Below the pieces are notes generated by a model. It was not told the DNA's origin. It worked only from the letters and a program-made list of their open reading frames with translations, and made no database searches. From Eledone cirrhosa (Eukaryota), in NCBI GenBank assembly GCA_964016885.1, contig OZ024741.1, positions 191,642,001 to 191,706,000 of the forward strand: a stretch of DNA of 64,000 nt. The letters run 5' to 3'. Below, piece after piece: positions 12,790-25,640 of the stretch; within the stretch, counting starts at the first letter, position 1; every line of letters begins with the position of its first letter. The position numbers and the translations under genes were made by a program.

Positions 12790-13618
12790 ATATATATAGC
12801 TAGAATGGAAGCAGCGGATAAAAAATTGAAGCCTGCTTTGCAGCATGAGGACCAGAAATAGGAGTTGTTCAGGATTACAAGATAATGTGTTACAGAAAAT
12901 GCGATGTCATTGGTAAGAAGTGTGTCCGGGATGATAGAGGTGCACTTGCCCTCACAGGAGCTGAGAAGAAAGATGCGTGGAAGAGTCATTATGAAGATTA
13001 CGGAATGAAGAGAATGCATGGGAGAAAGAGACCCTACCGTAAGTCAGCAGCAGTGTAGTTAGTTAGGCAATTAAGGATATGAAAACTGAGAAAGCAATGG
13101 GTCCATCAGGAATAGTTGTTGAAATGCTGAAAGCACACACACCATAACCACACGTATTGTAAACCAAGTAATACTAGATGGTGTCATCATACCAAATGAT
13201 TGGTGTGGCAGCATCATTGTCAATTGCTACTGGGGTAAAGGAGATGCACTAGATAGAGGTATAAAACTGATGGGCCAGGTCATGAAAGTAACAGAAAGAG
13301 TCATAGTACAATTGATTAGGGACAGGATAGATCTAGATGAGATGCAGTTTGGATTTGTATCAAGCAAAAACACCACTGATGCCCTCTTCCTTGTGAGACA
13401 GTTACAGGAAAAGTACCTACCTAGCTAAAAGTAAGCCCACACTATAAAGTGGTCATGTAGGCATCATGACAAAAAGCACCCAGTACTCGCTGTAAATGAG
13501 GTTGGCGTTAGGAAAGGCATCCAGCTGGAGAAACCAAGCCAGAATCACCTGACTTAGCTTTGCCCACAACAGGACAACCCATCTAACTGATGCTAGCATG
13601 GAAAATAGGTGATGATGA
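12790..13618 (+). mobile_element. RTE fragment plus 3' UTR piece
   Basis: Nucleotide similarity to 10490-11150; 3' UTR motif ttaggaaaggcatccagctg. Confidence 0.8.
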
Positions 13619-13633
13619 TATATGTATATACAC

Positions 13634-13733
<100 letters not shown>

Positions 13734-13744
13734 TGATCATGATC

Positions 13745-15930
13745 ATCATCATCGTTTAACGTCCATCTTCCACGCTTGCATGGGTTTGGACGGGAATTTT
13801 CCCACTTGAGGCAAGATTTGTTGTCTTGCTCGTATAGGACTGTCTGGCAGGTTTTCTACGGCTGGATGCCCTTCCTAACACCAACGTCGTTTACAGTGTG
13901 GACTGGGAGGTTTTTACCGTGTTACCTACATGGCCACATTACAGCGTAGACTGTGTGTTTTTTTTTTTCGTGACACCTACACAACCTCATTTATTTCGGA
14001 CTGGATGTTGTGGTACCAACATAACTTTACATCGAAAGGGGTGGTGTGGATGGGGCGAGGGTGGTGGGACAGAGGTGTATTTTTGTTAGAGGTGCCTACT
14101 GACTGTAGGTTTCGCTTTGTACTTAGGCAAGGCAGGTCTTCTGCATTACTGTGTAGCGCCAAAGATCTCGGTCCAGTGACATTGTCTTGGAGAGGTGTAA
14201 GTGTGTGAGGTCGGAATTTATCAAGTCATCCCAGGTTTTTCTGGGTCTGCCTACTCCGTGGCTACCGTCTATTTTTATCGCCCTGCACTTTTTTATACAG
14301 CTCTCTTTCATGCGCATCACGTGACCATACCAACGTAGTCTTCTCTCGACTAAACAACATCTGATCCCTCTTATTTCTAATTTTTTCCTTAGTTCATTTA
14401 TGCTTTGCCGTTCACGTATATGACTATTACACATCCAACGGCGCATGCAAGCTTCGTTCCTCTCCAGTCTGCGTATATCCTCTGCACACAATGCCCAAGT
14501 CTCACTGCCATGTAACATTGCTGTTCGTATGCAGGCATCATACAGCCTGCCTTTCATTTTTAGAGAGAACCCTTTAGCGGCCAATAGTGGTATAAGCTCT
14601 CTGAACTTTTTCCATCCCATTCTGACTCTGGCTACTGTACTTTCAGAGTACCCTCCACCACTGCTTATTTTGTCACCCAGGTAACGGAAGGTGTCCATTA
14701 TTTCTATAGAACCATCTGTGCAATGGAATGAGTTAGTATTCTGAGGGCACTTGCTGCTACTTATTGCACCTGAGTATCGGCCACATATAAAATCTATATT
14801 CTTAGTTAGCTTACCTGTGATCCCACTACATCTTTTATGCATCCATACTTTGCATTTGGGACATAAAATGGAGTTTATGCATACTCCTTTCCTACACACT
14901 GAGCATGGCCATTTCCCAGATGGGACCAGTGCCCTATTTTCCTTCCTACAAACTAGAACTTTAGTCTTAGACAGGTTAATTTTAAGGCCTTTTGATTCTA
15001 GGCCTTGCTTCCATGTTTGGAATTTCTTCTCTAGTTCAGCCATTGATTCAGCTATGAGCATTAGATCATCTGCGTATAGAAGTTCCCATGCGCAGCCGGT
15101 CTTAAACTCCTCTGCTATAGCCTGAAGGGCAATAATAAATAGTATGGGGCTAAGGACGGAGCCCTGATGAACACCAACTTTTACGCTAAACTCTTCACTA
15201 TATTCGTTGTTAATTCTACCCTTACTGACTGTTTCTTTATACATGGCTTGTATAGCTCTCACAAGCCATTCATCAACACTTAGTTTTCTAAGGGCCCACC
15301 AGATAATCAAGCGGGGTACTCTGTCAAAGGCTTTCTCCAAGTCAACAAAAGCTAAGTAGAGGGGTTTACTTTTAGCTAGGTACTTCTCCTGTAGTTGTCG
15401 TCCAATGAAAAGAGCATCTGTGGTACTTTTGCCTGACACAAACCCGAACTGCATTTCATCTAGATCAATTCGCTCTCTGATTAGTTGCGCTATTACTTTT
15501 TCTGTGACCTTCATGACCTGGTCAATTAATTTAATGCCTCTATAGTTTCCCCTATCTAGGGTATCTCCTTTACCCTTGTAGCAGTTAATGATGATGCTGC
15601 TGCGCCAGTCCTTCGGTACGACCCCATTCTGTATGACTTGGTTTACTATCCAGGTGACAATAGTGTGTCCCACCGTTCAGATGCTTTCAGCATTTCAGCA
15701 ACTATTTCCGAAGGCCCAGCCGCCTTGCCTGTCTTCATGTCTTTTATCGCCTTACTTATTATACTACCTTCGACTAACACTGCTGGTCCCTCTATTGGGT
15801 CGATGTGGGGGAGACTGTCTTTCTCCCAATTATTCTCCTCATTTAGTAGCCTTTCGTAGTGACACTTCCAAGCTACCTTCTTATCAGCGTCAGTGGTGGC
15901 AAGTACACCATCATCATTAAGGACACACTT
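13745..15930 (-). mobile_element. RTE LINE, 5'-truncated (ORF 14123-15673, 516 aa, RT and PHD)
   Basis: FVDLEKAFD, QGSVLSP, YADD and CSVC..CPKC..HKRC motifs; 3' tail (cat)n near 13745. Confidence 0.92.
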
Positions 15931-15991
15931 ATATATATCTATTTATATACAATATATTAATAAATGGAAACTATATTTATAAAACCATATT

Positions 15992-16057
15992 TATTTTATT
16001 ATATATATTTCAAGGGCAACCAAGGCAAATTATGGTGCGCTTTCATCAGATAAAATA
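15992..16057 (-). ncRNA. Hammerhead ribozyme motif, type I, family B
   Basis: Minus strand reads tattttat-CTGATGA-aagcgcacca..tggttgccctt-GAAA-tatata-TA-ataaaata. Confidence 0.8.
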
Positions 16058-16205
16058 CAGATTTGTTTTATAAATAAATATTGACATACCCAGAAAAAAG
16101 ACAACCTTAACGGTTGGAGCTTCCTGGATAGCTATCCAGGAAGCTCCAACCGTTAAGGTTGTCTTTTTTCTGGGTATGTCAATATTTATTTATAAAACAA
16201 ATCTG

Positions 16206-16271
16206 TATTTTATCTGATGAAAGCGCACCATAATTTGCCTTGGTTGCCCTTGAAATATATATAATGAAATA
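16206..16271 (+). ncRNA. Hammerhead ribozyme motif, type I, family B
   Basis: CTGATGA at 16214-16220 and GAAA at 16252-16255. Stem III is the palindrome ATATATAT. Stem I is tattttat/atgaaata and is extended beyond an internal loop by tatttataaaac/gtttt(c)taaata. Confidence 0.8.
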
Positions 16272-16402
16272 AATATGGTTTTCTAAATATAGTTTCCATT
16301 TATTAATACATTGTGTATTTACTCCACTAAATTGTTGAGTGCTTTATATCAGTTATAAAAATGTTTAAGCTTGTTGAATCCCAACAAATTAAATATAACC
16401 TC

Positions 16403-16478
<76 letters not shown>

Positions 16479-16484
<6 letters not shown>

Positions 16485-16806
16485 TTAGTTAAGCAAAACA
16501 AGACCACAAACTTCACAAGGAAGACATTATTAAAAGATTGTCAACATATTTTAGTTTGATGTAAGTAATGTAGAGAATAATAATAATAATAATAATATTA
16601 ATAATGATAATGTCCGTTTACAATTGTTTCGCTACTCCATATAATATTTCTGGATCAGATGACTATATATCATAATTGATCTGGTTCAGTTGAAAATAAT
16701 TAACATATTTAAAAAAACAGAGTGGCTCATCGGAACTCAAAGGAATATAAATTAAAATAATGTTACATAATATAATGTTCCATATATTGGTTACTCTTGA
16801 ACTGTG

Positions 16807-16808
<2 letters not shown>
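16479..16808 (-). mobile_element. Diverged single-arm copy of the family A hammerhead element
   Basis: Starts ttcattagttaagcaaa.caagaccac, as at 6957. Core CCGATGA...GAAACAATTGTA lies on the minus strand at 16616-16736. Ends attggttactcttgaactgtg(ta)n, as at 8285-8306. Confidence 0.75.
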
Positions 16809-16842
<34 letters not shown>

Positions 16843-16845
16843 AGT

Positions 16846-16916
<71 letters not shown>

Positions 16917-16919
<3 letters not shown>

Positions 16920-18895
16920 GAGGTTGGTGTTAGGAAGGGCATCCAGCTGTAGAAATCAAGCCAGAATCAGTGCCCATATGAACAAGACAAGGTCAGCCGA
17001 CTGGACACTGCTCACAACAGGACAACCCGTCTAACCCATGCTAGCGAGGAAGAATGGACGTAAAACGGTGATGATGATGATGATGATATATGTACTATTA
17101 TCATTATATATATATAGAGTAACCAGGGTAAGAACTGGATGGAAGAAGTTCAGGGAGCTACTACAATTGCTAGCTGCAAAAGGCTTTTCCCTCAAAATGA
17201 AAGGCAGACTGTATGATGCGTGCATACGAACAGCAATGTTACATGGTAGTGAGACCTGGGTGTTGTGTGTAGAAGACCTGTGTAGATTAGAAAGAAATGA
17301 AGCTTTCATGCTCCGATAGATGTGTAATAGTAATATATGCGATAGTAAACCAAGTAATACAGAATGGGGTCATACCAAATGACTGGCGTAGCAGCATCAT
17401 CGTCAACTGTTACAAGGGCAAAGCAGATGCTCTAGATGGAGAAAACTATAGAGGCATTAAGTTAGTTGACCAGGTCATGAAGGCCACAGAGAGAGTTATT
17501 GCACAATTGATTAGGGACCGAATTGATCTAGATGAAATGCAGTTTGGGTTTGTGCCAGGTAAAGGTAACATGACAACTCTCTTCCTTGAATGGCAGATAA
17601 AAATAAACTCTTATACTTAGCTTTTGTTGACTTGGAGAAACCCTTTGACAGAGTCCCCTGCTCTGGTGGGCTCTTAGACAACTAGGCGTAGATGACTGGC
17701 TTGTGAAAGCTGTACAAGCCATGTATAGAAGAACAGTCAGCAAGGTTAGAATTAACAATGAATATAGTGAAGAATTTAGCATAAAAGTAGGTGTTCACCA
17801 AGGCTCTGTCATTAGTCCCCTCCTGTTTTTTATTGCCCTACAGGCTATAACAGAAGAGTTTAAGACTGGCTTCCCTTCGGAACTTCTATATGCAGATGAT
17901 CTAACTGTCATAGCTGAATCTATGGCAGAACTAGAGAAGAAATTCCAAACATGGACGCATGGCCTAAAATTAAAAGGCCTTAAAGTTACTAGACTAAAGT
18001 TCTAGTATGTAGAAAGGAAAATAGGGAAATGGCCTTTCTCAGTGTGTAGGAAAGGAGTAGGTAGAAATTCCATTGTATGTCCCAAATGCATAAAATATGT
18101 AGTGGGATCAGAGGCAAGCTATCAAAGAATGTAGGTTCTGTATCTGGCTGATGCTCAGGTGCAGTAAGTAACAAGTGACCACTGGATACTAACTCCTTCA
18201 AATGCCGTAACAGATCTATAGAAATAGATGGAAAAAGTTCAGAGAGCTAATACCGCTGTTGGCCACAAAAGGTTTCTCTCTAAAAATGAAAAGCAGATTG
18301 TATGATGCTTTTATATGAACAGTAATGTTACATGGCAGTGAGACATGGACATTGTGTGCAGAGGATCTGCACAGATTGGAAAGGAACGAAGCATACATGC
18401 TTCGATGGATGTGTAATATACATGAACAGCAAAGCATAAACGAACTAAATGAGAAATTAGGCATAAGAGGGATCAGATGCAGTTTATTAGAGAGGAGATT
18501 GCGTTGGTATGATCATGTGATGCATATGAAGGAAGACAGCTCTATAAAAAAGTGCAGGGCTATCAAAATTGATGGAAGTTACGGAGTAGGTAGACACAGA
18601 AAACCCTGAGGTGAGGTGATAAAAGCTGACGTTGTACACTTGAACCTCTCTAAGACAATGACACGGGATAGAGATCTTTGGTGCTATGCAGTAATACAGA
18701 AGACCCACCTTCCCTTGCACACTGACTTAAACCTACACTCAAGTAGGCACCTCTTAATCCAATATACACCCCCACACCCCTACACTTCCCTCCCACTTCC
18801 ACCCACACCACCTTTACTCTGTAAAGTTATGTTGGTACCACAAAACATCCAGTCCACTGTAAAGTGGTCCTGTAGGTGTCACAACAAAAAGCATA
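16917..18895 (+). mobile_element. Rearranged RTE fragments
   Basis: A 3' UTR piece at 16917-17085, followed by RT and C-terminal fragments (ORFs 17038, 17297, 17703, 18325). Confidence 0.85.
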
Positions 18896-19564
18896 ATCAT
18901 TTATGCATATGTATGTGTAGATATGTGTGTATGTGTGTGTGTGTGTTTCTGTTATCTGTTTATCTGTTATATATTTACGTGTAGGTGTGTGTGTATGTAA
19001 TTTACTAAAGCGTAAAGTACGTTACGAACATATCAAACACAACCAGAATTATATGATGATGTTGATGATGATGATGATATAATTTAATCAATATTATAAA
19101 AAAAAAGGTCGAAGATTGTCTAGTAAAACTCTGAAAGATGTCAATAACATGCTTGTTTAATTGACAAGGGGATGCTGGAAATCCCCCACTCCACTCCATC
19201 CAAAAAAAATTAAACAGATTTAAAACAAAAATATCAAATTTCAAAGCAAAAACGCAAGAAAATAGAACATAAAAAAGAGGTGTAGTGAAGTCAGTGTAGG
19301 CTATATAACAACTGCAATGCGACAGTTAAGAGTGCAATATCAGAGAAAAGTGGCAGTGAGAGAAAGAGAGAAGAAAGAGAGAGAGAGAAAGAAACTTGCT
19401 GATAAACTGATATATGTTCGTTCGTAGATATGGCTCGTCACAACTGAGAGAATAGATAACCTCTTTAGTTTAAATAATTCAATACTACTCCCTTTCTTCG
19501 TTCTTTTTCACGCTCGCACACACATACAAACACACGCACACATAGAACACAATACATGAGGCAG

Positions 19565-19609
<45 letters not shown>

Positions 19610-19705
19610 CATAAGAAACGGAGAATCAGTGGTGCGACGAATTAAAATTTATTAGACATATTACAAATGGCCTACCGCATACGGGCGCTTTAAGCATCCC
19701 ACACC

Positions 19706-19756
<51 letters not shown>

Positions 19757-19761
<5 letters not shown>

Positions 19762-19960
19762 ATATTAAATAAATGGAAACTATATTTATAAAACCATATT
19801 TATTTTATTATATATAATTCAAGGGCAACCAAGATAACATTGATACGCTTTCATCAGATAAAATACAAAGTTTGTTTTATAAATAGAGACATCCCATGAA
19901 AATCATACCTTATCGGTTGGAAATTCTACCCAGTGAATTTCCAACCGATAAGGTATGATT
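19757..19960 (-). mobile_element. Family B copy with mutated hammerhead core and a short terminal hairpin
   Basis: Matches 15949-16130. tcatcag at 19851-19857 but GAAA has become GAAT. Hairpin aatcataccttatcggttggaaattc/gaatttccaaccgataaggtatgatt at 19901-19960. Confidence 0.8.
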
Positions 19961-20342
19961 ATATATATTTTAATGTTCGCTCTACATGGCTGAATACAAT
20001 AAATGTAATCTGAGTTTTTCGAATATTAATAATAACATTCGATTCGTTTGCAAGTATACAAACAAGCCTCATTTTTACAGCCATGTCAGTAGAGTGAGCC
20101 CCTCATTCTTGCTCTTGTGTTGGCATGTAAACAGAACTGCAGACATTTATCGCCATCTATCGCTCGTATACTGGAAACTGACTGGCCAGTCTGCTGATAT
20201 ACAAATCTGGCTGATCAGTGGATCTGCTAATATGCAGATCTGACTGGTCAGCCAGTCTGCTAATATGCAAATCAGGCCGATCAGTCACTGTATATTTTAG
20301 AAAATAGCATATATTTTGCTAGCTCTGACAGTTGGCAAGTGA

Positions 20343-20400
20343 ACAGTGAGCTGTACTGATGAAGGGTAATACCCAGAAACATTAGTGTCTGCAGTTCTGT
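20343..20400 (+). ncRNA. Hammerhead ribozyme motif, type I, family C
   Basis: acag..agctgta-CTGATGA(20356-20362)-a-gggt-aat-accc-a-GAAA(20376-20379)-cattagt-GTC-tgcagttctgt. Stems I, II and III can form and the cleavage triplet is GUC; the pair closing stem II is an A/A mismatch. Confidence 0.82.
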
Positions 20401-20515
20401 TTACATGCCAACACAAGAGCAAGAATGAGGGACTCATTCTACTGACATGGCTGTAAAAATGAGGCTTGTTTGCATAATTGCAAATGAATCGAATGTTATT
20501 ATTATTTGAAAAACT

Positions 20516-20600
20516 TTGCCTTTCATCCTTACGGGGTCGATAAAATAAAGTACCAGTAATGCACTGGGTAATTGCTGGCCTTGTGCCAAAAGTAGAAACA
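20516..20600 (+). mobile_element. 5'-truncated SINE with target site duplication, in the family C right arm
   Basis: Flanked by attattatttgaaaaact at 20498-20515 and 20601-20618. Confidence 0.88.
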
Positions 20601-20700
20601 ATTATTATTTGAAAAACTCAGATTACATTTATATATATATATATATAAATGTAATCTGAGTTTTTCGAATATTAATGATAACATTCGATTCGTTTGCAAT

Positions 20701-20745
<45 letters not shown>

Positions 20746-20918
20746 TTGTATGTATGTATGTATGTATGTATGTATGTATGTATGTATGTATGTATGTATG
20801 TATGTATGTATGTATGTATGTATGTATATTACTTATCGATAGCTGTTTTGATACGAAACTCTAGCCGCTTGACTCGCTGATATAACTTCACAACTATCTA
20901 CTAATCTACTAATATATA

Positions 20919-21016
20919 ATTGTTTCTACAAGGCCAGTAATTACCTCAATACATTACTGGTACTTTATTTTATCCACCCCGTAAGGATGAAAGGCAAAGT
21001 TAACTTCGGCAGGATT
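20919..21016 (-). mobile_element. SINE fragment
   Basis: ctggtactttattttatccaccccgtaaggatgaaaggcaaagtt. Confidence 0.8.
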
Positions 21017-21959
21017 TAGGCTTGTAAACGCACGTAACGCACTAAAGATGACTGAAGAAGGAAGGGATGATGACAAACTGAGGGACACGGGGGGGGGGGG
21101 GTGACCAAACTCCAGAAAACGGCGTCTGTGTGTGTATATGTATAGCGAATGGCTACATTCATTGGCTGTTATGATTATGCGAGTGTTTGTGTGTGTGTGT
21201 GTGTGTGTGTATATAAGTGTTTTTTTGTAAATATATATTTATATACAATATTTGAGTGAGTGTATATGTGTTTCTGTATGTTTATTTAGAAAGATATAGA
21301 GAAAATAGAATTTCAGACACGCGCATCTACACATACATATATATAAACAGACACACTTAGAAAATATAATTATTACATACACACACATCTATGTGATGAA
21401 TTGGAAGGAAGGGGGCTGTGACAAAGTATAGAAAATAGTGAACAGCGTTCATTACACCTGTGTTACTCATACATATAAATGTATAAATATGCACACACAC
21501 ACATACACACATACTCACACACACAGATACATATACTCACACACATATTATGTGTATGCATGTAATAATTATTTTCTCTAATGAGTCTGTTTATGTATGT
21601 TTGTGTAGATGTGTCTTTCAGTAACTACATATCCATAAAGTAACCAGCCTTCTTTCAGTAACTAAAGTCAAAAGCAAATAGAATGATGGATGTCATATCT
21701 CAAAATACCTTTAGATAACATTGGGAAGTGTATTAACTTGAATTACCATCCATATTCTATGTTTTGTTAAAAATAATTATTACAATCACACACATCTACA
21801 TAAACATATACATATACACACTCAGAGAAAATAATTATTATCTGAGTGTATCAAGAATATAAAACGACCGCAGTTGAAAGGTGTATACAAATACACATCT
21901 ACCTTTAATTTAACAGTTCATACATGTGCCTAATTTATTTATATTAAGAATGTAATTTT

Positions 21960-22640
21960 GAATAGGGAGTTTTTACAACATCAACCATAAATCATGGCCT
22001 GCTTCTTGTGGCTTTAAGTCTTACGAGTTTAGGTTAGTTTTAGTAATAGAGGGCCCAATTGAAAGGAAACATCGAGAGAAAGGCAGAGAAATAGAAGAGC
22101 GGAGAAGATACTTAGAAAAGGCTTCTTCGACATATATGCCAAAGCAGCTCCAGCAGTTGATTGCACTCATTTGCCTTTTCAGTAATCCAGTCAATTCTGA
22201 CATCCTGTTCAAGAAGAAAGTTTGACTGAAGACTTTCTTAGACATCACACTAGAAAAATCTCAGTACAACTGGCTTTACGAGAAATTGAAACAACATTGT
22301 CCTTGCAAGGTTTGACATGCCGAGATTTGCATCTTCCGATTGTTGATATGCCTTTGATGAATGCCCCAGAATGTAGAACAAAACCAGGACAAATTACCTC
22401 TTTGACAGACAATCAGCATCGTGTGTTTGATCAAATTGTCACAGCCGTTGATGAAGAACACCAATCCAGCAGAATTTTCTTCTTAGATCGTACCTCTACA
22501 ATACCTTGACATCGCATTCGAGTCGTCAAGGAAAGCGTGTTCTCTCATTTGCTACAAGCATTGCAGCTGATCTATTGCACCAAGAAAGAACTGTACACAG
22601 TGGCTTTAAACTATCTTGGAAAATTCTACATCACTAATGA
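21960..22640 (+). pseudogene. Helitron RepHel fragment
   Basis: MPKQLQQL..LIC....P, TEDFLRH and LTDNQHRVFDQIVTAV...IFFLD align with the Rep-helicase linker of ORF 4248-5510. Confidence 0.65.
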
Positions 22641-22649
22641 AGATTTCAT

Positions 22650-25640
22650 CACATCGGTCTACCTCTACTGTGACTTCCTTCCACTGACATTCACCCTTCA
22701 GTCATCATCCATATGCATCACATATCCGTACCAACACATCCTTCTCTCCTGCACATCACCTTTTAAACCCAGCTTCTCCCTCAGCTCGTCCGAGCTCTGC
22801 CTTTCTTTCACACTTACATTGCACATCCAACGAAGCATGGCTACTTCATTTCTCTCTAGTCTACGCATGTCTTCTGCACTCACTACTGCAGCATCGCACA
22901 CAGGCGTCATACAGTCGTCCTTTCATACGTAGGGAGAAACCTTTTGTTGTTAACAGTAGGAGTAGTTCTCTAAACTTCTTCCATCCTATCCTTATTCTAG
23001 CTATTATGCTCCCAGAGCACCCACATCTGCTGCTAATTAAGTCACCTAGATAGTAAAAGCTAACAACCACTTCTAAGGGTTCTTCCTGTGACTTGAAGGG
23101 GGTATCACTGACGCTCTTTCCCTCGATTACTTCTGTTCATCTTCTACATCTTTTGTGTAAAAAGGATATACAATTGTGCAGAGCCACTTCCCTGAAGGGC
23201 TCAGGGTCCTATTTTCTTTCTTACTCACTAGCACTTTAGTTTTGGCCAAGTTTACCCTCGAACCCCTTGATTCCAAATTCCATTTCCATAGACAGAACAT
23301 ATTTTCTAGTTCTTTTATGGATTTGAATATAAGGACCAAATCACCCGTATAGAGAAATCCACATGGACAGCCAGTTTTAAACTCCTCTGCTATGGCTTTG
23401 AGGATTATGATGAACAGCAGTGGGCTAAGAACTGAACCTTGATGAACTCGTACCTGTACTTTGAATTTCTCACTAAACTTACTTCCTACTCTCACTTTAC
23501 TAATAGCTCCTCTGTACATTGCTTGCACTGCTCTCACAAGACATTCTTCTACGCCTAATTTCTTTAAGGACCACCAGAGGTATTCTGTGAAAGGCCTTCT
23601 CTAGATCAACAAAAGCTAAATATAGTGGCTTATTCTTGGCTAGGAACTTCTGTAGTTGCCTCACTAAGAAGAGTGCACCTGTAGTACTTTTCCAGGCATG
23701 ACACCAAACTGCATCTCATCTAATTTGACTCTTTCTTTAATTAGCTGCTCTATAATTTGATCCATTAGTTTTATTCCTCTATAGTTGCACCTTTCTAGAA
23801 CATCACCTTTGCTCTTGTAGCAATTTATGATTGTACTGCTATCCCAGTCATTGGGTATGACTCCGTCATGTATTACTTGATTTACTATATGGGTTACTAG
23901 TTTACCTTCTACTCCTCCCGATGCTTTTAACTTCTCAGCAACTATCTCTGATGGTCCTTCTTCATTTCTTTGATTGCTTCTTTGATCCTATATCTGTCAA
24001 CTTCAATAGCTGGTCCTTCTGTTGTGTAAGTTGGGGTATTTTCTCTTCCTCCCATTCATCCTCTACATTTATAAATCTCTCATAGTAACATTACCAGGCC
24101 TCTTTCTTTTGGGAATCAGTGGTGCTAAGTGTATCAGCGTCATTTCTAACACCCCCCCCCCCCCCAACAACAACAACATCCTGATTTACACTGATACACT
24201 GCCTTGCTTGCAATGTGGAACACTTCACGTCTCAAGACATTGGAAAACTTTATTTTTTCAGCCTCTCTCTGAGCTGTGTATACCTGTTTTCTAGCTTCTC
24301 TCTTAGCTACCTGGTATTGGTCTCTGATACCTCAATTTTTCCAGTCTTTTCATTCCCGTCTCTTGGCCATAATGGCTGTACCCACTGTACTGTTCCACCA
24401 CCAAGTCACTCTCTGTCTGGCTTGTGCTTTACTCCAACCACACGCCTCGACAGTAGTTCGCAAAATGTTGCCACGGAAGAATTTCCAATTGTCCTCTATG
24501 TTATATGTACCTAGTTTGTGACCCCTCTCATCTACTGCATCCTATAGGGTCTTTCTAAACCTATATCTAACTGAAAGGTCCTTTTGCTTCCAAACCTTCC
24601 GTCTCCATATTTTCCTGCATATCCTTGTTCTGTCTTGTGTTTATTTTCATGTCGCCAATAACTAACATGTTAGGCAGTGCATTCTTCCCCTTAGTGTTTA
24701 TTACATTCTATTTATCTCATTGTTTTATGAGTAAGTAATCAATTTGATTTGTGTATTCACCTGATTGATATGAGATCAGGTGGCTGGTTTTCAGAAATTT
24801 TTGTTGCAGATGGTTAGTTCATTAGTGTCACAGAATTCCAAGAGTCTCAGTACCTCGTCATTCCTTGAGCCATAACCATAGCTGCCATGAACTCCGCTGA
24901 ATCCATCCTGTTACTGTCCCACATGTCCATTGAAGTTGCCTGCCATGATGATGAGGTCCCGTTTGTCAATACCTGAAGTTGTCTGTAAAAGTTCTTCATA
25001 GAACCTGTCCTTTTGTTTTTTACTCCGCCCTGCCTGCGGGGCATAGGTAGATGTGATTGTCACCAGTATATTTTCTACAGTTAATCTAAGCTTGATAATT
25101 CTGTCACATACTCTAACTCTATCACCTTATCTATCCATTTCACAGCTAGTAAGATGCCTACACCTCCTACCCCATCATCATTTCCTACCCAGTAGAGTTT
25201 ATATCTAAGCTGCTTGCCTGTGATTAGTCTCACTGAGGCACCCCTCCTTCTCACTTTTCTTCTCTCTAATAGTTCCACACTTTCACCCGATTTATCTTTC
25301 AGGGTGCCAACGTTGAGGGTGGCAATCCTGAGATTTGTACCCTGGCAGTTGCTGTTATTTCCTTGGGTAAATGTTCTATGCACTTGAAAAGAAAAAAGGC
25401 TGTGTGATTGTTTGATGACCGCTGAGGGGTTCTCGCACATGGCTACTTTAGCCACCCCATTACTATGCGCAGCATTTACATGACCAGCGTTAGCCATGTA
25501 TACACAATTATTGGAAATCATATTTGTTCTTGTCATAATTTTGACAGGGTTTTTCTGGCTGGATGCCCTTCCTATCACCAACCACTTTACAGCATGGGCT
25601 GGGTGCATTATTCATGCCACCAGTACTAGAGAGGTTGTCT
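22650..25640 (-). mobile_element. Old degenerate RTE LINE
   Basis: LRIATLNVGTL (ORF 25081-25608), HQGSVLSP (ORF 23127-23537), RRLERNE (ORF 22698-22910). Confidence 0.85.

Larger units (their letters stand above)
15949..16314. repeat. Near-perfect 366-bp palindrome with no spacer, family B
   Basis: Centre ggagcttcctggatag|ctatccaggaagctcc at 16131/16132. I count about 3 mismatches between the 183-bp arms. Confidence 0.97.
19999..20700. repeat. Inverted repeat, family C (arms ~19999-20145 and ~20386-20632, third partial arm ~20645-20700)
   Basis: ataaatgtaatctgagtttttc...aacagaactgcagaca is the reverse complement of tgtctgcagttctgtt...gaaaaactcagattacatttat. Confidence 0.92.

Noticed and set aside
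21052-21127. CTGAAGA...GAAAACGGCGTC as a hammerhead
   Set aside because: Stems I and II cannot pair, so this is probably a chance match.
21316-21845. Imperfect inverted and direct repeats of ~65 bp
   Set aside because: They are dominated by CA/TG low complexity, have no ribozyme core, and are probably Helitron-associated filler.
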